Shown here in pieces: positions 38,350-50,825 of a DNA stretch of 64,000 nt. Position numbers and translations under genes: made by a program. Below the pieces are notes generated by a model, which saw only the letters and a list, made by a program, of their open reading frames with translations, was not told the origin of the DNA and searched no databases. Source of the DNA: Psammoneis japonica (lineage: Eukaryota); NCBI GenBank assembly GCA_008632985.1, contig QPGO01000135.1:1-64000 (forward strand), in the 5' to 3' direction. Position 1 is the first letter of the stretch; every line of letters begins with the position of its first letter.

Positions 38350-38568
38350 GTTTGCAACGTGGGATGAGCAAGAGGTGGCACGCCATCCGACCCAGATGCG
38401 CAAGCTTCTGCAGCTGTCGGGCTTCTCAGAATTGTCCGTCAGCCTGCTGGGTTGGCCACCTCAGCCAATTTTCATGCAAGGGCTCCAACGAACACTGGCA
38501 ATTGCAGCGATTGCCCATGTGATCACTGCTTTGTTTCATGCCAAGGCACCATCGCACCCCACTGTCCC

Positions 38569-38896
38569 GACGCGTTCCAGCTCTGGGTGGGACCTTGCAC
38601 TGCTGAGCTGCAACACAATCGTTTTTGTCATCCGTCGCATGTTTCACGCGCACATTTCTGCGTGTTCTGTTGTAAAAAATTGTTCCACACTGCCTGTTTT
38701 GTGAAGCCAAATGCTTTCTGTTGCGCACATCTGTGACAATGAAAATGCACTGGGTGTGTTCTTTGGTGACTGAAGAATGTGCCCGGACACACTGCAAAGG
38801 GCACATGCATTGCTTGACAATTTCACTGCAGAGCTTGCACGCAGAATTCTGCAGACCCAGTGTCACAAAAAGTCCCACCTGGGGCTGGAACCCGTC
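38569..38896. mobile_element. GAC-MITE, subfamily C
   Basis: TIRs present; TSD TCCC. Confidence 0.88.
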
Positions 38897-39539
38897 TCCC
38901 AGTTGATCCAGGACACCAGAACATCGGTGCTGCCGTTCCCACCCCGGCCTCAATCACCTCCACCACTTCGGGCTTTTCATCTGCCCAGATGATGTCATTC
39001 CTGAGCCACTCAGTCAAGAGTGCCATGAAGCTCTGGTTTTCTGTCGTCAAGCCCAGGAAATGTTTGGCGACGCCAACAAACAGCAGCTGAACAATGCCGC
39101 CCTTGAAGCCAACGATGATTCTTCTGTTGTTTCAGACCAGTCAGCTCCTCTCTGAAGTTTCTTCCTTGCTTTGCTGCATTCTCCATCTGCATCTTTCACA
39201 GTGCACCTCATTTCTGCATTTTGTTTCTCTCTTTCAGTTTTGCAAACATTCGCCAAAGTTTGTTTTGTGCTTGAGCTGAGCTCTGTGCTTCACCCATTTC
39301 CCATTTTCCCTTCAGCCTCACCTTTTGGCCTTTGCTTGCTGTCCACTGCCCGAACTCTGTCAAATTGACACACAATTTTTTGTTTTGGCAGTGTCATGTT
39401 TTTGTGTCAGTTTGTCTGTGGGTGTGTCATTTCCATGCTGACCTGACATTGATTTTTGTGCTTGGCAGTGTCATGTTGTCCGTGCCTCCCTTTCCCATTT
39501 CCTTTTCCCCGCTCCCATTTGTCATGTGAGGGGAGGCTT

Positions 39540-41160
39540 GATCAGCTGGGCTGCTTGTTTCAGCACTCAAATGCCAAGCATGGCAGCAGCCATCGAGGCC
39601 GGCCACATGATGATCGTCATTGCAGCCTCTGCTGCAATCAAGCAGCTGCACCCCGGCCACATTGCAGAAGATCCGGCGCCGATGGTTTGGTCCTGGACAG
39701 AGTGGCACATCCACATGACTTTCTTGAATTGGCAAAAATGTGTCGGTCCTCAAGCCCTCTGTGGCAGTGCGATCCGCAGCCACTGAGCACAAGTTCTCTG
39801 CTCAAGCGAGCCAGCTCATCAAGTCTCGTTCGGCGATCAAACCACTCAATGGGCACCCGCGCTTCCCCTCTGCATTCCTGGCCCCAAGTGTCATGCATCC
39901 ATGAAAGGAACAACCTTTTTGTCAGGTGCCGTTTGCAGTGTGGGATGGGCAAGAGGTTGTGTGCCATCCCATCCAGATGTGCGAGCTTCTGTGGCTGCCG
40001 GGCTTCTTGGAGCTGTCCATCGGCCGATTGGGTGTGCCAACAGAGCTGATTCTCATGCAAGGACTCCAACAAGCACTGGAAATTGCAGCAGCCACCCATG
40101 TGACCACTGTTTTGTTTCATGCCAAGGCGCCATTGCACCACGCTGTCCCAGTTGACCCAGGACAACAGAGCATCATCGCCGCCATTCCCGCCCCGGCTGC
40201 ACTCACGTTGGCAGCCATGCCACTTGACACAGCAACAATGTTGTTTCTTCCGTCAGATTGTGTGCTTGCCAGATGCACCTTGTACAAAGCACATGTGCAA
40301 CTTTGCTTGCTGCCACGCAATGAACCATGGTCAGCGGTCTTTTGGATTTTTGGTCTCCTGGCAGCGTGCCATCAATGGCAGGGGACATCAAAATCCTTGC
40401 ATGTCTGGACGGCATGACAAGTGTTGCCCTCGTGGGCTGCTTCTAAAAATTGTTTTTTTGGAAGAGGCAGCACGTGTGGTGACAGCAAAGTTCTCTGTGG
40501 CGGCGGGGTTGCCCCGGTTGATTGTGGCGGATGCGGGCTCACTCTTCGCGGGCATCTTCGCCCAGCTGTTCGAAATCATCCAAGTTCCAGTGTTTCCGGC
40601 GCTGCAAGAAAATCATCGGGTGGCATGCAATGAGCAGCTCCACTGACATTTAAACAAGGTGGCATGTGTCAATGTGGCCAACACATCATCAACAGCATTG
40701 TGGAAGCAAGCAGCGCATTTCACCTTGCGCGTGACGCGTTCCAGATGCAGGTGGGAATCCGCGCGACATTGGGCCCGCAGACTTCTGCGTGCGAGCTCCG
40801 CAGTGAAATCACACGGCAATTAAAATGTCAATGATTGCCAACAGAAAATGAGGCAATTTTGCAAATGCACAAACTCGCACATGATTGAAGTGCATCATTT
40901 TTTACTTGGCCAGTTACATTCTTCAGACATTGAAGAGTGCAACTGGCGCGTTGTTGTTTCCACAAATTTGTCATGTGAAACGTCTGGGGCTTCGCAAAAC
41001 AGCGAGTCTGGACAATTTTTTTTAAATGTCACACGTAGAAATCTACGCACGAAACATGCGACGGATGACAAAAATTGTTGTTGTCACACGTCAGCACTGC
41101 GAGCTCCCACCTGGGGCTGGAACGCGTCGCGCCTGGGGTGCATCGCCAACCAACATGATG
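39540..41160 (+). pseudogene. pol: Gypsy-B RNase H-integrase remnant interrupted by a MITE
   Basis: Homologous to 11115-12335. Confidence 0.7.
40733..41128. mobile_element. GAC-MITE, subfamily A
   Basis: TIRs present; TSD GCGT/GCGC; empty sites at ~12305 and ~63120. Confidence 0.88.
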
Positions 41161-41974
41161 GGTCTGCCCGGATCAAATTGCGAGTGAGTTGAGGCTCAAT
41201 TGTTGGTGCTGACAGATTGAGTCTTCTTGTGCCGCACTGCAGCCTCCATCAAGCATCTTCATTGTTGCCGCAGATGCCGCAGACTGCGGTCCTCATCGCT
41301 CGTCAAAGCTTGCTTTGTGCTTGAGCTGAGCTCTGCACTTTGCCCATTTTCCATTTCCTTTTCCCTTCTCAGCTTTGCTTTCCCTTCAGCCTCACCTTTT
41401 GGCCTTTGCCCACTGTCTGCTGCCCGAACCCTGTCAAATTGACGCACAATTTTTTGTTTGGTGGTGTCATTTTTTGTCAGTTTGTCTGTGGGTGTGTCAT
41501 TTCCATGCTGTCCTGACATTGATTTTTGTGCTTGGCAGTGTTGTGTTGTCCGTGCTCCCCTTTCCCATTTCCTTTTCCCCGCTCCCATTTGTCATGTGAG
41601 GGGGGGAGGCTTGATGAGCTGGGCTGCCCGGTAGTTTCAGCGTTCAAGTGCCAAGCATGGCGGCGGTGCTGGTGGTTTAGTTCCTGGACAGAATGGCCCA
41701 CCCACATGACTTTCTTGAATTGGCAAAAACAAGTCGGTCCTCAAGCCCTCCACGGAAGCACAATCCATCGCCATGGAACACGAGCTGTTTGCCCAAGCGG
41801 GCCAACTCATCAAGTCTTGCTTGGCGATCAGACCACTCGATGGGCACCCACACTTTTCCCCCACATTCCCAGCCCGATGTCGTGCACCGATGACAGGAGC
41901 AACCTTTTTGTCAGGTGCCGTTGGCAACGTGGGATGAGGCAAGAGGAGGAGTGCCATCCGACCCAGATGCGCGA

Positions 41975-42370
41975 GACGGGTTCCAATCCCAGGTGGGACT
42001 TTTTGTGACATTGGGCGCGTGGAATTCTGCATGTGAGCTCCGCAGCAAAAATGTCAAGCAATGAAAATGTGAATGATCGCTGACAGAAACAGAGGCAATT
42101 TTACGAACGCATCTCCTCCTCCAAATTTGAAGTGCGTCATTTGCAGTTTGGCCGGGTGCATTCTTTGGACATCAAAGAACACACCCAGCACATTTTTGTT
42201 GTCACAAATGTGGAAAACAGAAAGCCTTTGGCTTCGCAAAAGAGGCAGTCTGGAACAATTTTTTACAACAGAACACGCAGAAATGTGCACGCAAAACACA
42301 CGACGGATGACAAAAAACAATTGTGTCACAGTCCAGAAGTGTGAGGTCCCACCTAGAGCTGGAACGTGTC
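41975..42370. mobile_element. GAC-MITE, subfamily C (reverse orientation)
   Basis: TIRs present; TSD GCGA/GCAA. Confidence 0.85.
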
Positions 42371-42631
42371 GCAAGCTTCTGTGGCTGCCAAGCTTCTTGG
42401 AGTTGTCCATCGGCCAACTGGGTGCGCTGCCTGAGCCCACTCTCATGCAAAGACTCCAGAGAATGCTGGCAATTGCAGCGGTCACCCATGTGACCACTGC
42501 TTTGTTTCTTGCCAAGGCACCATCGCACCACACTGTCCCAGTTGATCCAGGACAGCAGAACACCAACGCTGCCATTCCCACCCCGGCCTCAATCACTTCC
42601 GCCACTTCAGGCTTTTCATCTGCCCAGATGA

Positions 42632-43157
42632 CTTCATTGGGGCATTGCAAGTCTCCTGCAGGTGCACAGAAAATGCAATGTTCAGCGATGAAGAAAAAGA
42701 GTGATGATGTTGCTTTGTTTCTTCAATCGTGCCCGCTTGATCGACATGAAGCTTGGACGCATTGCTTTGTGCGCCACTTGTCTTCCATGTCTTGCAATCT
42801 TCAGAACACTTGCTTCTTGCCAAAGGAGCTGTTGGAGATCCAGCGGAAAGCAATGCGCACGATTTTCGTGAAGTGTGGGTGCAATCGCAGTGCAAAACGT
42901 GGTGCACTGTTCGGCCTGTGTGCTCTTGGTGGAGGTGGCTTTCGTTCGTTGAATGTGGAGCAGGGCACATCCCAGTGCACGCAGTTTCTCCGACACTGGC
43001 GCAGCTGTGGTCAGCCTCATGTGCTGTCATGCATTGCAGTGGCGTGGGTGCAGCTTCAGTTGGGCACAGGCGTCAGCTTCTTGCAGGATGTTCAGCCCAA
43101 ACTGCCTCACTCTGAATCCAAATGGCCCACATCTTTGCGATCATTTTTGGCTTGAAT
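42632..43157 (+). pseudogene. Non-LTR fragment
   Basis: Homologous to 614-1137. Confidence 0.7.
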
Positions 43158-43725
43158 CATTCCTGAGCCACTCAGTCAAGAGTGCCACGAAGCTCTGGTT
43201 TTCTGTCGTCAAGCCCAGGAAATGTTTGGTGATGCCAACAAATGGCAGCTCAACAACGCCGCCCTTGAAGCCAACGACAACTCTTCTGTTGTTTCAGACC
43301 AGTTGGCTCCTCTCTGAAGTTTCTTCCTTGCTTTGCTGCATTCTCCATCTGCATCTTTCACAGTGCACCTCATTTCTGCATTTTGTTTCTCTCTTTCAGT
43401 TTTGCAAACATTCGCCAAAGTTTGTTTTGCACTTGAGCTGAGTTCTGTGCTTCGCCCATTTCCCATTTTCCCTTCAGCCTCACCTTTTGGCCTTTGCCCG
43501 CTGTCAGCTGCCCAAACCCAGTCAAATTGACACACAATTTTTTGTTTGGTGGTGTCATTTTTTTGTCAGTTTGTTTCTGGCCCTGCTTCGCACATGCCAA
43601 GTCCACCGCCTTGCATCTGCACCGGATTGCTGGTCTTCTGCAGTCCTGCAAGGTCCACGAACGTTGGGGCGAGGGTGCAGTTCCCACGTTTGTTCTTTGG
43701 ATGGCCTGATCAGTTCATCCAACCG

Positions 43726-45664
43726 CACAAAGGCAAGGCACTCTTTCGTGAACATGCTGGCTCCTCTGATGCTCAAGCGGTGTGTCGTGACCTGTCCAAG
43801 TGTGCCCTTGCTTCCGCTCACACATCCCTGGAGTCCTCGACCCTTCTCGCACACCTCACAACTGCTCACCTCGGTGATGGCACCTGGAAAGGATCCACTC
43901 GTGCCTTCACACTTCACTGGCATGACCAGCTTTGCAAGCACAATTCTCTCATCCTGGGCACGGACCATTTTGCGGCTGGCCAGAAACGTGTCATGCTTGA
44001 GAACTCTGTTCACCCTGTCAAAGAACTGCGCTTGGCAAAGAATCAGGCCTTTCAGTTTCGCGCACAGAGTGGCAAGGGCATTTCTTGTGAGCAGTGCCAT
44101 GGACTCCTGCTTTCTGCCGTGGCACAGCACGACAGAACGTTTGCCCCTAAGACGGCTCCTTGTGCTCCGCACCGTGCCATCTGCGAACATGACCTGGCCC
44201 CCAACGACCCTGACGATGATGCATTCTTCAACATCAACAGTGATGTTGATGTCATCCAAGCTCATGCTGCGCAAACTTGCAGCAACTCCCTCGCCAGGGA
44301 ACAACGGCGTTGCATTCCGCCGGACCATCAGCACATTTGGGACACCTTGCCCCAGCCCACCAAGGCCATCATTCTTGGCTCGCACGCCGCCCACACGGGC
44401 AACTGCCATGACTTGACGGTGGTCAACCTGCACAACCTCCGCATTGGCAGCAATGGCGATGTCAAATTGTCCGCCAACACTCACGATCTTGCGTTGGCCT
44501 CTGCACAATCCAACGCCACAGCCAACGCAGCCGATGCTGACCCCATTCTGGCTCATCTCACCAGGTGCAAGCCTCTGCCACCCGGTGACTTGCAATGTCT
44601 CCTTGCACCTGAGCTGCCTCCTTCCGCCCGTTCTGGAGAGAAACACCCGGATCTGTGCCTTCTGTCTGCTCCGAGACGAAGCCCGACGACACTGACACTG
44701 AGATCAATGGTCATGAACACCATCATGTCAACAACCACAATGTCGTCTGCTCTGCCTCGACCCACAAATCCACTTGCAAAGGCACCCACGTGAATCGCGG
44801 TGCAAACAGCGGTGTTGCCGGTGACGATGTTCATGTCACTGCTCACGCTGGTCGCCAGGTTGATGTCAAAGGTGTTGACAATCACCAGCTGGTCGATGTT
44901 CCCATTGTCACTGCGGGTGGTGTCATCCACACACAACATGGCCCCATCATCACCACTCTTCACCAGCATGCCTGCACTGGAAAGGGCAAGACCATGCACT
45001 CTTGCGGTCAACTTGAGCGGCACAAACACGACATCAACGATCGGCCCATCAAGGTCCCCAGTGGTCTGCAGTGCATCACCACATTGATGGATGCATCATC
45101 CCCATTGACATCAAAGGCGGCCTTCTGCACATTGCCATGCTCCCACACACTGATGCCAAATGGGACACCTTGCCACACGTCGTCCTCACAGGTGACGACA
45201 CTTGGGACCCAGCTGTCCTCGACCACCAGCTTGCTGACAATGAGACGTGGCATGATGCTGCATCTGACCTCCAGGCTGACCCGACTGCCAACCTCTTTGA
45301 CGAGTTTGGCAACCATCGCCACCGTCATGTCGTCAACAATGCCATGCTTGTGGACTCCGCCCTTGATGACCACCTGCTCCCGATGCCCGATTTCTTCTGC
45401 AAATGCCATGAGCACGAGATCAATCCAAAGGATCCCAACTTTGAGTCTCTGCACCCTTGTTTTGGCTTTCTTCCAAAGGACACTGTCCACCACACTTTTG
45501 ATTGCACGATGCACAGCACGCACTTGAAAAAGGTGCACAAGTTTCCCAACCCGGCTCTCAACGTCCACCGATGCAACGAACCCGTTGCCACCGACACAGT
45601 GCACTCTGACCCCCCGCTGTTGACTCCAGCTGCACCAGCGCCCAGCTCTTTGTTGGCACCAAAT
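43726..45664 (+). pseudogene. pol: Copia-2 gag-protease-integrase remnant (continues at 49598-49902)
   Basis: VNRGANSGVAGDD; GCIIPIDIKGGL; after the insertion EFVNTLEDN...WQSEPHQQHQNFA. Confidence 0.85.
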
Positions 45665-46161
45665 TGCAGCAGGCATCCCAGCCGCAGCCGCAGATGATGC
45701 TACTTTCCTGCGTCTGCAGGCTGTCCATGGCGACGCTGATCCCGCAGAAGCGCGCATTGGGAAACGCGACTCTCAGCATGAGACCCATGAAGGGCTGCGG
45801 GAGCTCCACGCGACTGAGACCGGCGCGACTGGCCATCGCGTGCATGACTCACCTTGCGTGAAGGGACTGCACAGGATGCACGCAGCACAGAGTGTGATTG
45901 GTTCCGCGCAGGGACTGAAGACGCGGCATGTCTCACTGTCGCGCGCACACACACTCTGTGCAAAACAGTCTCGCAATTTACGCAACACACGAATTGTCAA
46001 CCTCTTTGTGACTGAGCACTTAGACCCCATTTTTGCATGGGGCACAGTGACATTGCTCCCAGCAAGTGCAAGAACACCCTTTGTTCAACTGACCATGACT
46101 GTCAGCCGTTCTGCAGAGAAGAGTGGGACGCAACAGAATGTCATTTTCCTGTTCTCTATGA

Positions 46162-46643
46162 CTGTTTCCTCAGGCGGTTTCTTTTGTAAATTTTCGACAA
46201 ACGACAAATGACAAACATTTTGAGTCTTGTCAGTCATTTGGGTTGTGAAGTGTTTGTTTGTTTGTCTTTGTTGATGCCACTGTGGCACCAAAATCGAATC
46301 GCTGCCACAACTCGAGAGACAAACAAAATGGACAAACAAACGCCCGCCAGCCGAAATGACATTTATGATGCATGCAATCACAAACACCAATGTAAATGTT
46401 CGTCATGTCTTGAGCACATGACATGAACAAACGTGAAAAGATTCAAAAATTTGTGTTGTCACAGATGCACGACAATGCACAAAGCAATTCAAACTGCTGC
46501 CAGCCGATGTTTGTCTTTCATTTGCATTAGAAGGGGTCGGAAAGCGACACATTGACAAACACATTTTGACCAATTAGACTCAAAATGTTTGTCGTTTGTT
46601 TGTTTGTCGAATTTTTACAAAAGAAACCGCCTTGGGAGGACAG
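46162..46643. mobile_element. MITE with ~65-bp imperfect TIRs inside Gypsy-C
   Basis: AGGCGGTTTCTTTTGTAAA...AAACATTTTGAGTCT is inverted at 46576-46643; TSD unresolved. Confidence 0.7.
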
Positions 46644-47486
46644 CAGAAAGCAAAAAAGTCGCCAAAATGGCGATCGTGCGGCAAGAACGTGCACGAGTGT
46701 TTTTTCAGAACTTTCAGTGATTGTGATGTGCTGCATGCACTGCCGAACGATGAGAAAATTGATCTCGTCGAATGACAGACCTCGTGCATGTCAGTGCGAG
46801 AAGAGAACTCCAAGATTCAACATGCTTGACACGAAAACCGCAGATGTTGCGTTCAGTGAGCGATTTGAGAATCTTGTTCTAAATTTCATTGACCACCGGT
46901 GAGAAAGACACTGACGCCGATGACTGCCAAGAAGCAGTGCTGCAAACTGCGCAAAAATGGTGGTTTGGACATGCCAAACAGCCCAAGACAAAATGTGTCT
47001 ACAGAAAATAACTTGTGACACTGTCTGTGGTGTGTTTTCCACATCTCCGGGACGTGGAATAGACACAATGTTTCTTTGAGGCCCACAAATGGCCTGGAGC
47101 CAATGCTCACACTGGACACACACAATTCCATGTGCAGTGTCATGCACACGTCATTTGTTGACACTCAAATGTGAGAATGACCGTGCAGCAGCGAAGATGC
47201 CAGCTGCTGCGTAAAATGAAAAAGGCCAAACAGCACGTCAGACAAAAGGCCCACACAAAGAATGATGCGCAGCAAGAATGACTGCATGCGCTGATGTTTG
47301 GATGCGAGATGTCAATTGGCGTGACGCTTGAAGGGTTCAACGGAAAAACCCATTGTGCGAGAAAAGCACACACACAGGAGCACACACATCATGCTCTCCT
47401 CCACTGGCACCTGCATGCAGTGCCGTGTAAAAAATGCTGAACGAGCCGTCATGTTGCAAAACGCTCGAAGGGTGAACGGAGCACCC

Positions 47487-47874
47487 GACGCGTTCCAGCC
47501 CTGGGTGGGACTCCGTGTGACATTGGGCTTGCAGAATTCTGCGTGCAAGCTCCGCAGCACGAGAATTGAACCAATGGACACATTTGTCTTCAACATCAAA
47601 CAAACGGCCAAGTTTGTGGTGCAATTGTGCCTCTTGCCACTCGACGTTTTTGCAACTTTGCCTGCCCCACGCGATTCTTAAGACATCACAGAATCGCGCT
47701 GCAACAAAAAATGTCAAAAGTTGTTGGACGGATCGCTCAACAAGTGCACGCAAAATGACACAAAACATCAAAAAAATCACGTAGAAATCTACGTGCACGA
47801 CATGCGACGAGACTCAAAAAACTGTGATGTCACAGTTCAGTGGTGCGAGGTCCCACCTAGACCCGGAGCGTGTC
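47487..47874. mobile_element. GAC-MITE, subfamily B (TA-eroded copy)
   Basis: TIRs present; TSD ACCC. Confidence 0.88.
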
Positions 47875-48088
47875 ACCCCAATTTGTGTGACAAATTGCAC
47901 GCGCAAGAGTCAATGCACTCTAAAAACTGAGAGCACTCAACCGCTCATGGGCTGCAGACCATTTGGTTTAACTGACTTCAACGATGCCAGCGGACAAGAA
48001 GAATGCCATTTCGAAAGGCCGAACAAGGACATGACACTTCAGCCACAAAAAATGCAAAAGCCACAAAAATGCCCAGAAAAAGGCATGA

Positions 48089-48535
48089 TGCAGTGTGCAT
48101 GCAGACAAAAGGTTATTTTTGTCACACCCTTTGTGACATTTAAAGGCTGCAACACGTCGCCGTGATGCATTGACTCTTGTCAGCAGCTGTGTGTTGCACT
48201 CCTCCCCATGTGTCACGCATCCATGCGGCTCTTCACTGACGTGCACTGGCGCTGCATGGTTTTGGCGGAACAGTGTGGGCACGTGCGAAGGAACGTGCAG
48301 AACTGCACAGAGTTTTGCGCGTTCGACAGTGATCAACGTTGCTGCAGACAACTCCCACTCAGGGTTTCGAACCCCTGGCCTCCTGCCCAATGGTCACGAT
48401 GAACCACTCCGCCATGAATTCACAATGCAGCATGCATGCCGACAAAAGGTCATTTTTGTCACGCCCTTTGTGACATTTAAAGGCTGTGACACGTCGCCGT
48501 GATACATTGGCTCTCATCAGCAGCTGTGTGTTGCA
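48089..48535 (-). mobile_element. TRIM copy, reverse orientation
   Basis: Two terminal repeats; TSD ATGA. Confidence 0.88.
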
Positions 48536-49902
48536 ATGAAAATGCCCAAAAAGGCGCGCAAACTTCAAAAAACAACCCGAGCTGGCGCAAAAAGAGCTTT
48601 GTGATGAAAAGCCTGCTGTTCAAATCAAAATTTGATGCGCTCTTTCCGCGAAGGTGAAAGAATGTGATGTGGTGTTGCCATGACAGAGAGTGGAACCTGA
48701 TCAACTCTGCACACATGTCGGCGCGCCACCTTTTTCCTTCTTTTTTTTTTTGCCCAGGTCGAACTCCATCGTGGAACGCGCACATCAGACGATTGGAAAC
48801 TTGATGCTGCCGTGCCGGCACACGTGCGTTCTTGGCACAGTGCTCTGAGCACAAGACATGGAGTTAGACAAAGACAACCCTTGGACTGAAACTTTTTGCC
48901 GTGACCTTTGCTGTGTGTGCAATTGCACAGACCACTGCCAAGGCAACTCCGATGCAGCCAGTCTTCTGACGTGACACAAGATTGTCCATTGCCTTTTGCA
49001 ACAAGTGGAGGCATGTCTCGGACAGAAATCAGAAAATGTTTTGCTTGACAGACAAGCGTGAGAATTGAGCATGAACAACGGACAAACAGCGGCACCGACA
49101 ATTGCCAAGCAGGGCCAGCTGCAGTTGTTCAAGTCAATGAAAATGTCATCCTTTGTGTGCGAGAAGGTGCGCTGGTTTTTTGGACACAACAAAAAATGTC
49201 CTTTTCCAGCAGCAGGACCCTTCTGTCACTCGCACGACCTTGTCATGGGGGTGAGTGCAGCAGGCATCCCTGCCACAGCTGCCGATGATGCTGCTTTCCT
49301 GCATCTGTGGGCTGTCCACAGCGACGCTGATCCCACAGAAGCGCGCGTTGGGAAACGCGACTCTCAGCATGAGACCCACGAAGGGCTGCGGGAGTTCCAC
49401 ATGACTGAGACCGGCGCGACTGGCCATCGCGTGCATGACTCACCTTGTGTGAAGGGACTGCGCAGGATGCACGCAGTGCCGAGTGTGATTGTCTCGTGCA
49501 CACATGCTCTGCGCAAAACAGTCTCACAATTTACGCAACACACGAATTGTCAACCTCTTTGTGACTGAGCACTTAGACCCTGTTTTTGCACAGGGCAAAA
49601 TCCCTTGTCATGGACGTGTGCGGAGCCAAGACCAACAAGAATTTGTCAACACACTTGAAGACAACGTTCCCAATCGTGGTGCCCCATCCAAGCTCGTCAG
49701 CAACTGTGCTCAAGTTGAGATCAGCAACAAGGTCCTCGGCATCCTCTGTGCCCTTTTCATCCCCAGTTGGCAGAGCGAGCCTCATCAACAGCACCAGAAT
49801 TTTGCTGGACATTGCTGCCAAGCTGTGGAGACCATGGCCAACACCGCCGTGGATTGCTTTGGGTCCCCGGCTTGCACCTGGCCACTCGCCCTGATGTGCA
49901 TG

Positions 49903-50131
49903 TGCAACACACAGCCACTTGTGAGAGCCAATGCATCACAGCAACGTGTTGCAGTTCAAATGCCACAAAGGTCATGACAAGGGTGATCTTTTGTCTGCAT
50001 GCATGCTGTACCATGAATTCATGGCAGAGTGGTTCATTGCGCAACCATCAGGCAGAAGGCCAGGGGTTGAAACCCTGAGTGGGAGTTGTCTGCAGCAATG
50101 TTGATCACTGTTGAACGCGCAAAACTCTGCA
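49903..50131 (+). mobile_element. Truncated TRIM (same junction at 55745-55973)
   Basis: One terminal repeat plus the A/B-box region. Confidence 0.75.
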
Positions 50132-50201
50132 CAAAACAAAACCAAAAATCTGTGTTTGAGGTGCTGCTGCGCTCCCGCCCGCAACTCCGGCAACAAGCCA
50201 T

Positions 50202-50825
50202 CTGTTCGGCCGGTGTGCTCTTGGTGGAGGTGGCTTTGTTCGTTGAATGTGGAGCAGGGCACATCCCAGTGCATGCAGTTTCTCCGACACTGGCACAGCT
50301 GTGGTCAGCCTCATGTTCTGTCATGCATTGCAGTGGCATGGGTGCAGCTTCAGTTGGGCACAGGCGTCAGACGCGTTCCAGGTCTAGGTGGGACCTCGCG
50401 CCATTGAACTGTGACATCGACAGTTTTTTGAATCACGTCGCATGTCGCGCACGTGGATTTCTGCGTGTCATTTTACAGTGCACTTGTTGAGCAATCCATC
50501 CAACAACTTTTGACATTTTTTGTCACAGCGCGATTCTACAATGTCTTAAGAATCGCATGGGGCAGGTGCACCTGCAAAAACATCGATTGACAAGAGGCAC
50601 AATTGCACCACAAACTTGGCCGTTCATTTGATGTTGAAGACAAATGTGTCCATTGGTTGAATTCTCACACTGCGGAGCTCGCACGTAGAATTCTGCGGGC
50701 CCAATGTAACACGGAGTCCCACCTGGGGCTGGAACGCATCGTCAGCTTCTTGCAGGATGTTCAGCCCAAACTGCCTCACTCCGAATCCAAATGGCCCACA
50801 TCTTTGTGATCATTTTTGGCTTGAA
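50202..50825 (+). pseudogene. Non-LTR fragment interrupted by a MITE
   Basis: Homologous to the 3' part of 614-1137. Confidence 0.7.
50370..50740. mobile_element. GAC-MITE, subfamily B
   Basis: TIRs present; TSD GTCA; empty site at ~1054. Confidence 0.9.

Larger units (their letters stand above)
45665..49597 (+). mobile_element. Gypsy-C: non-autonomous or degenerate LTR element related to Gypsy-A
   Basis: LTRs at 45665-46044 and 49256-49597; TSD AAAT; PPT ATGGGGGTGAG; integrase relic NSIVERAHQTIGNLM at ~48762. Confidence 0.85.
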
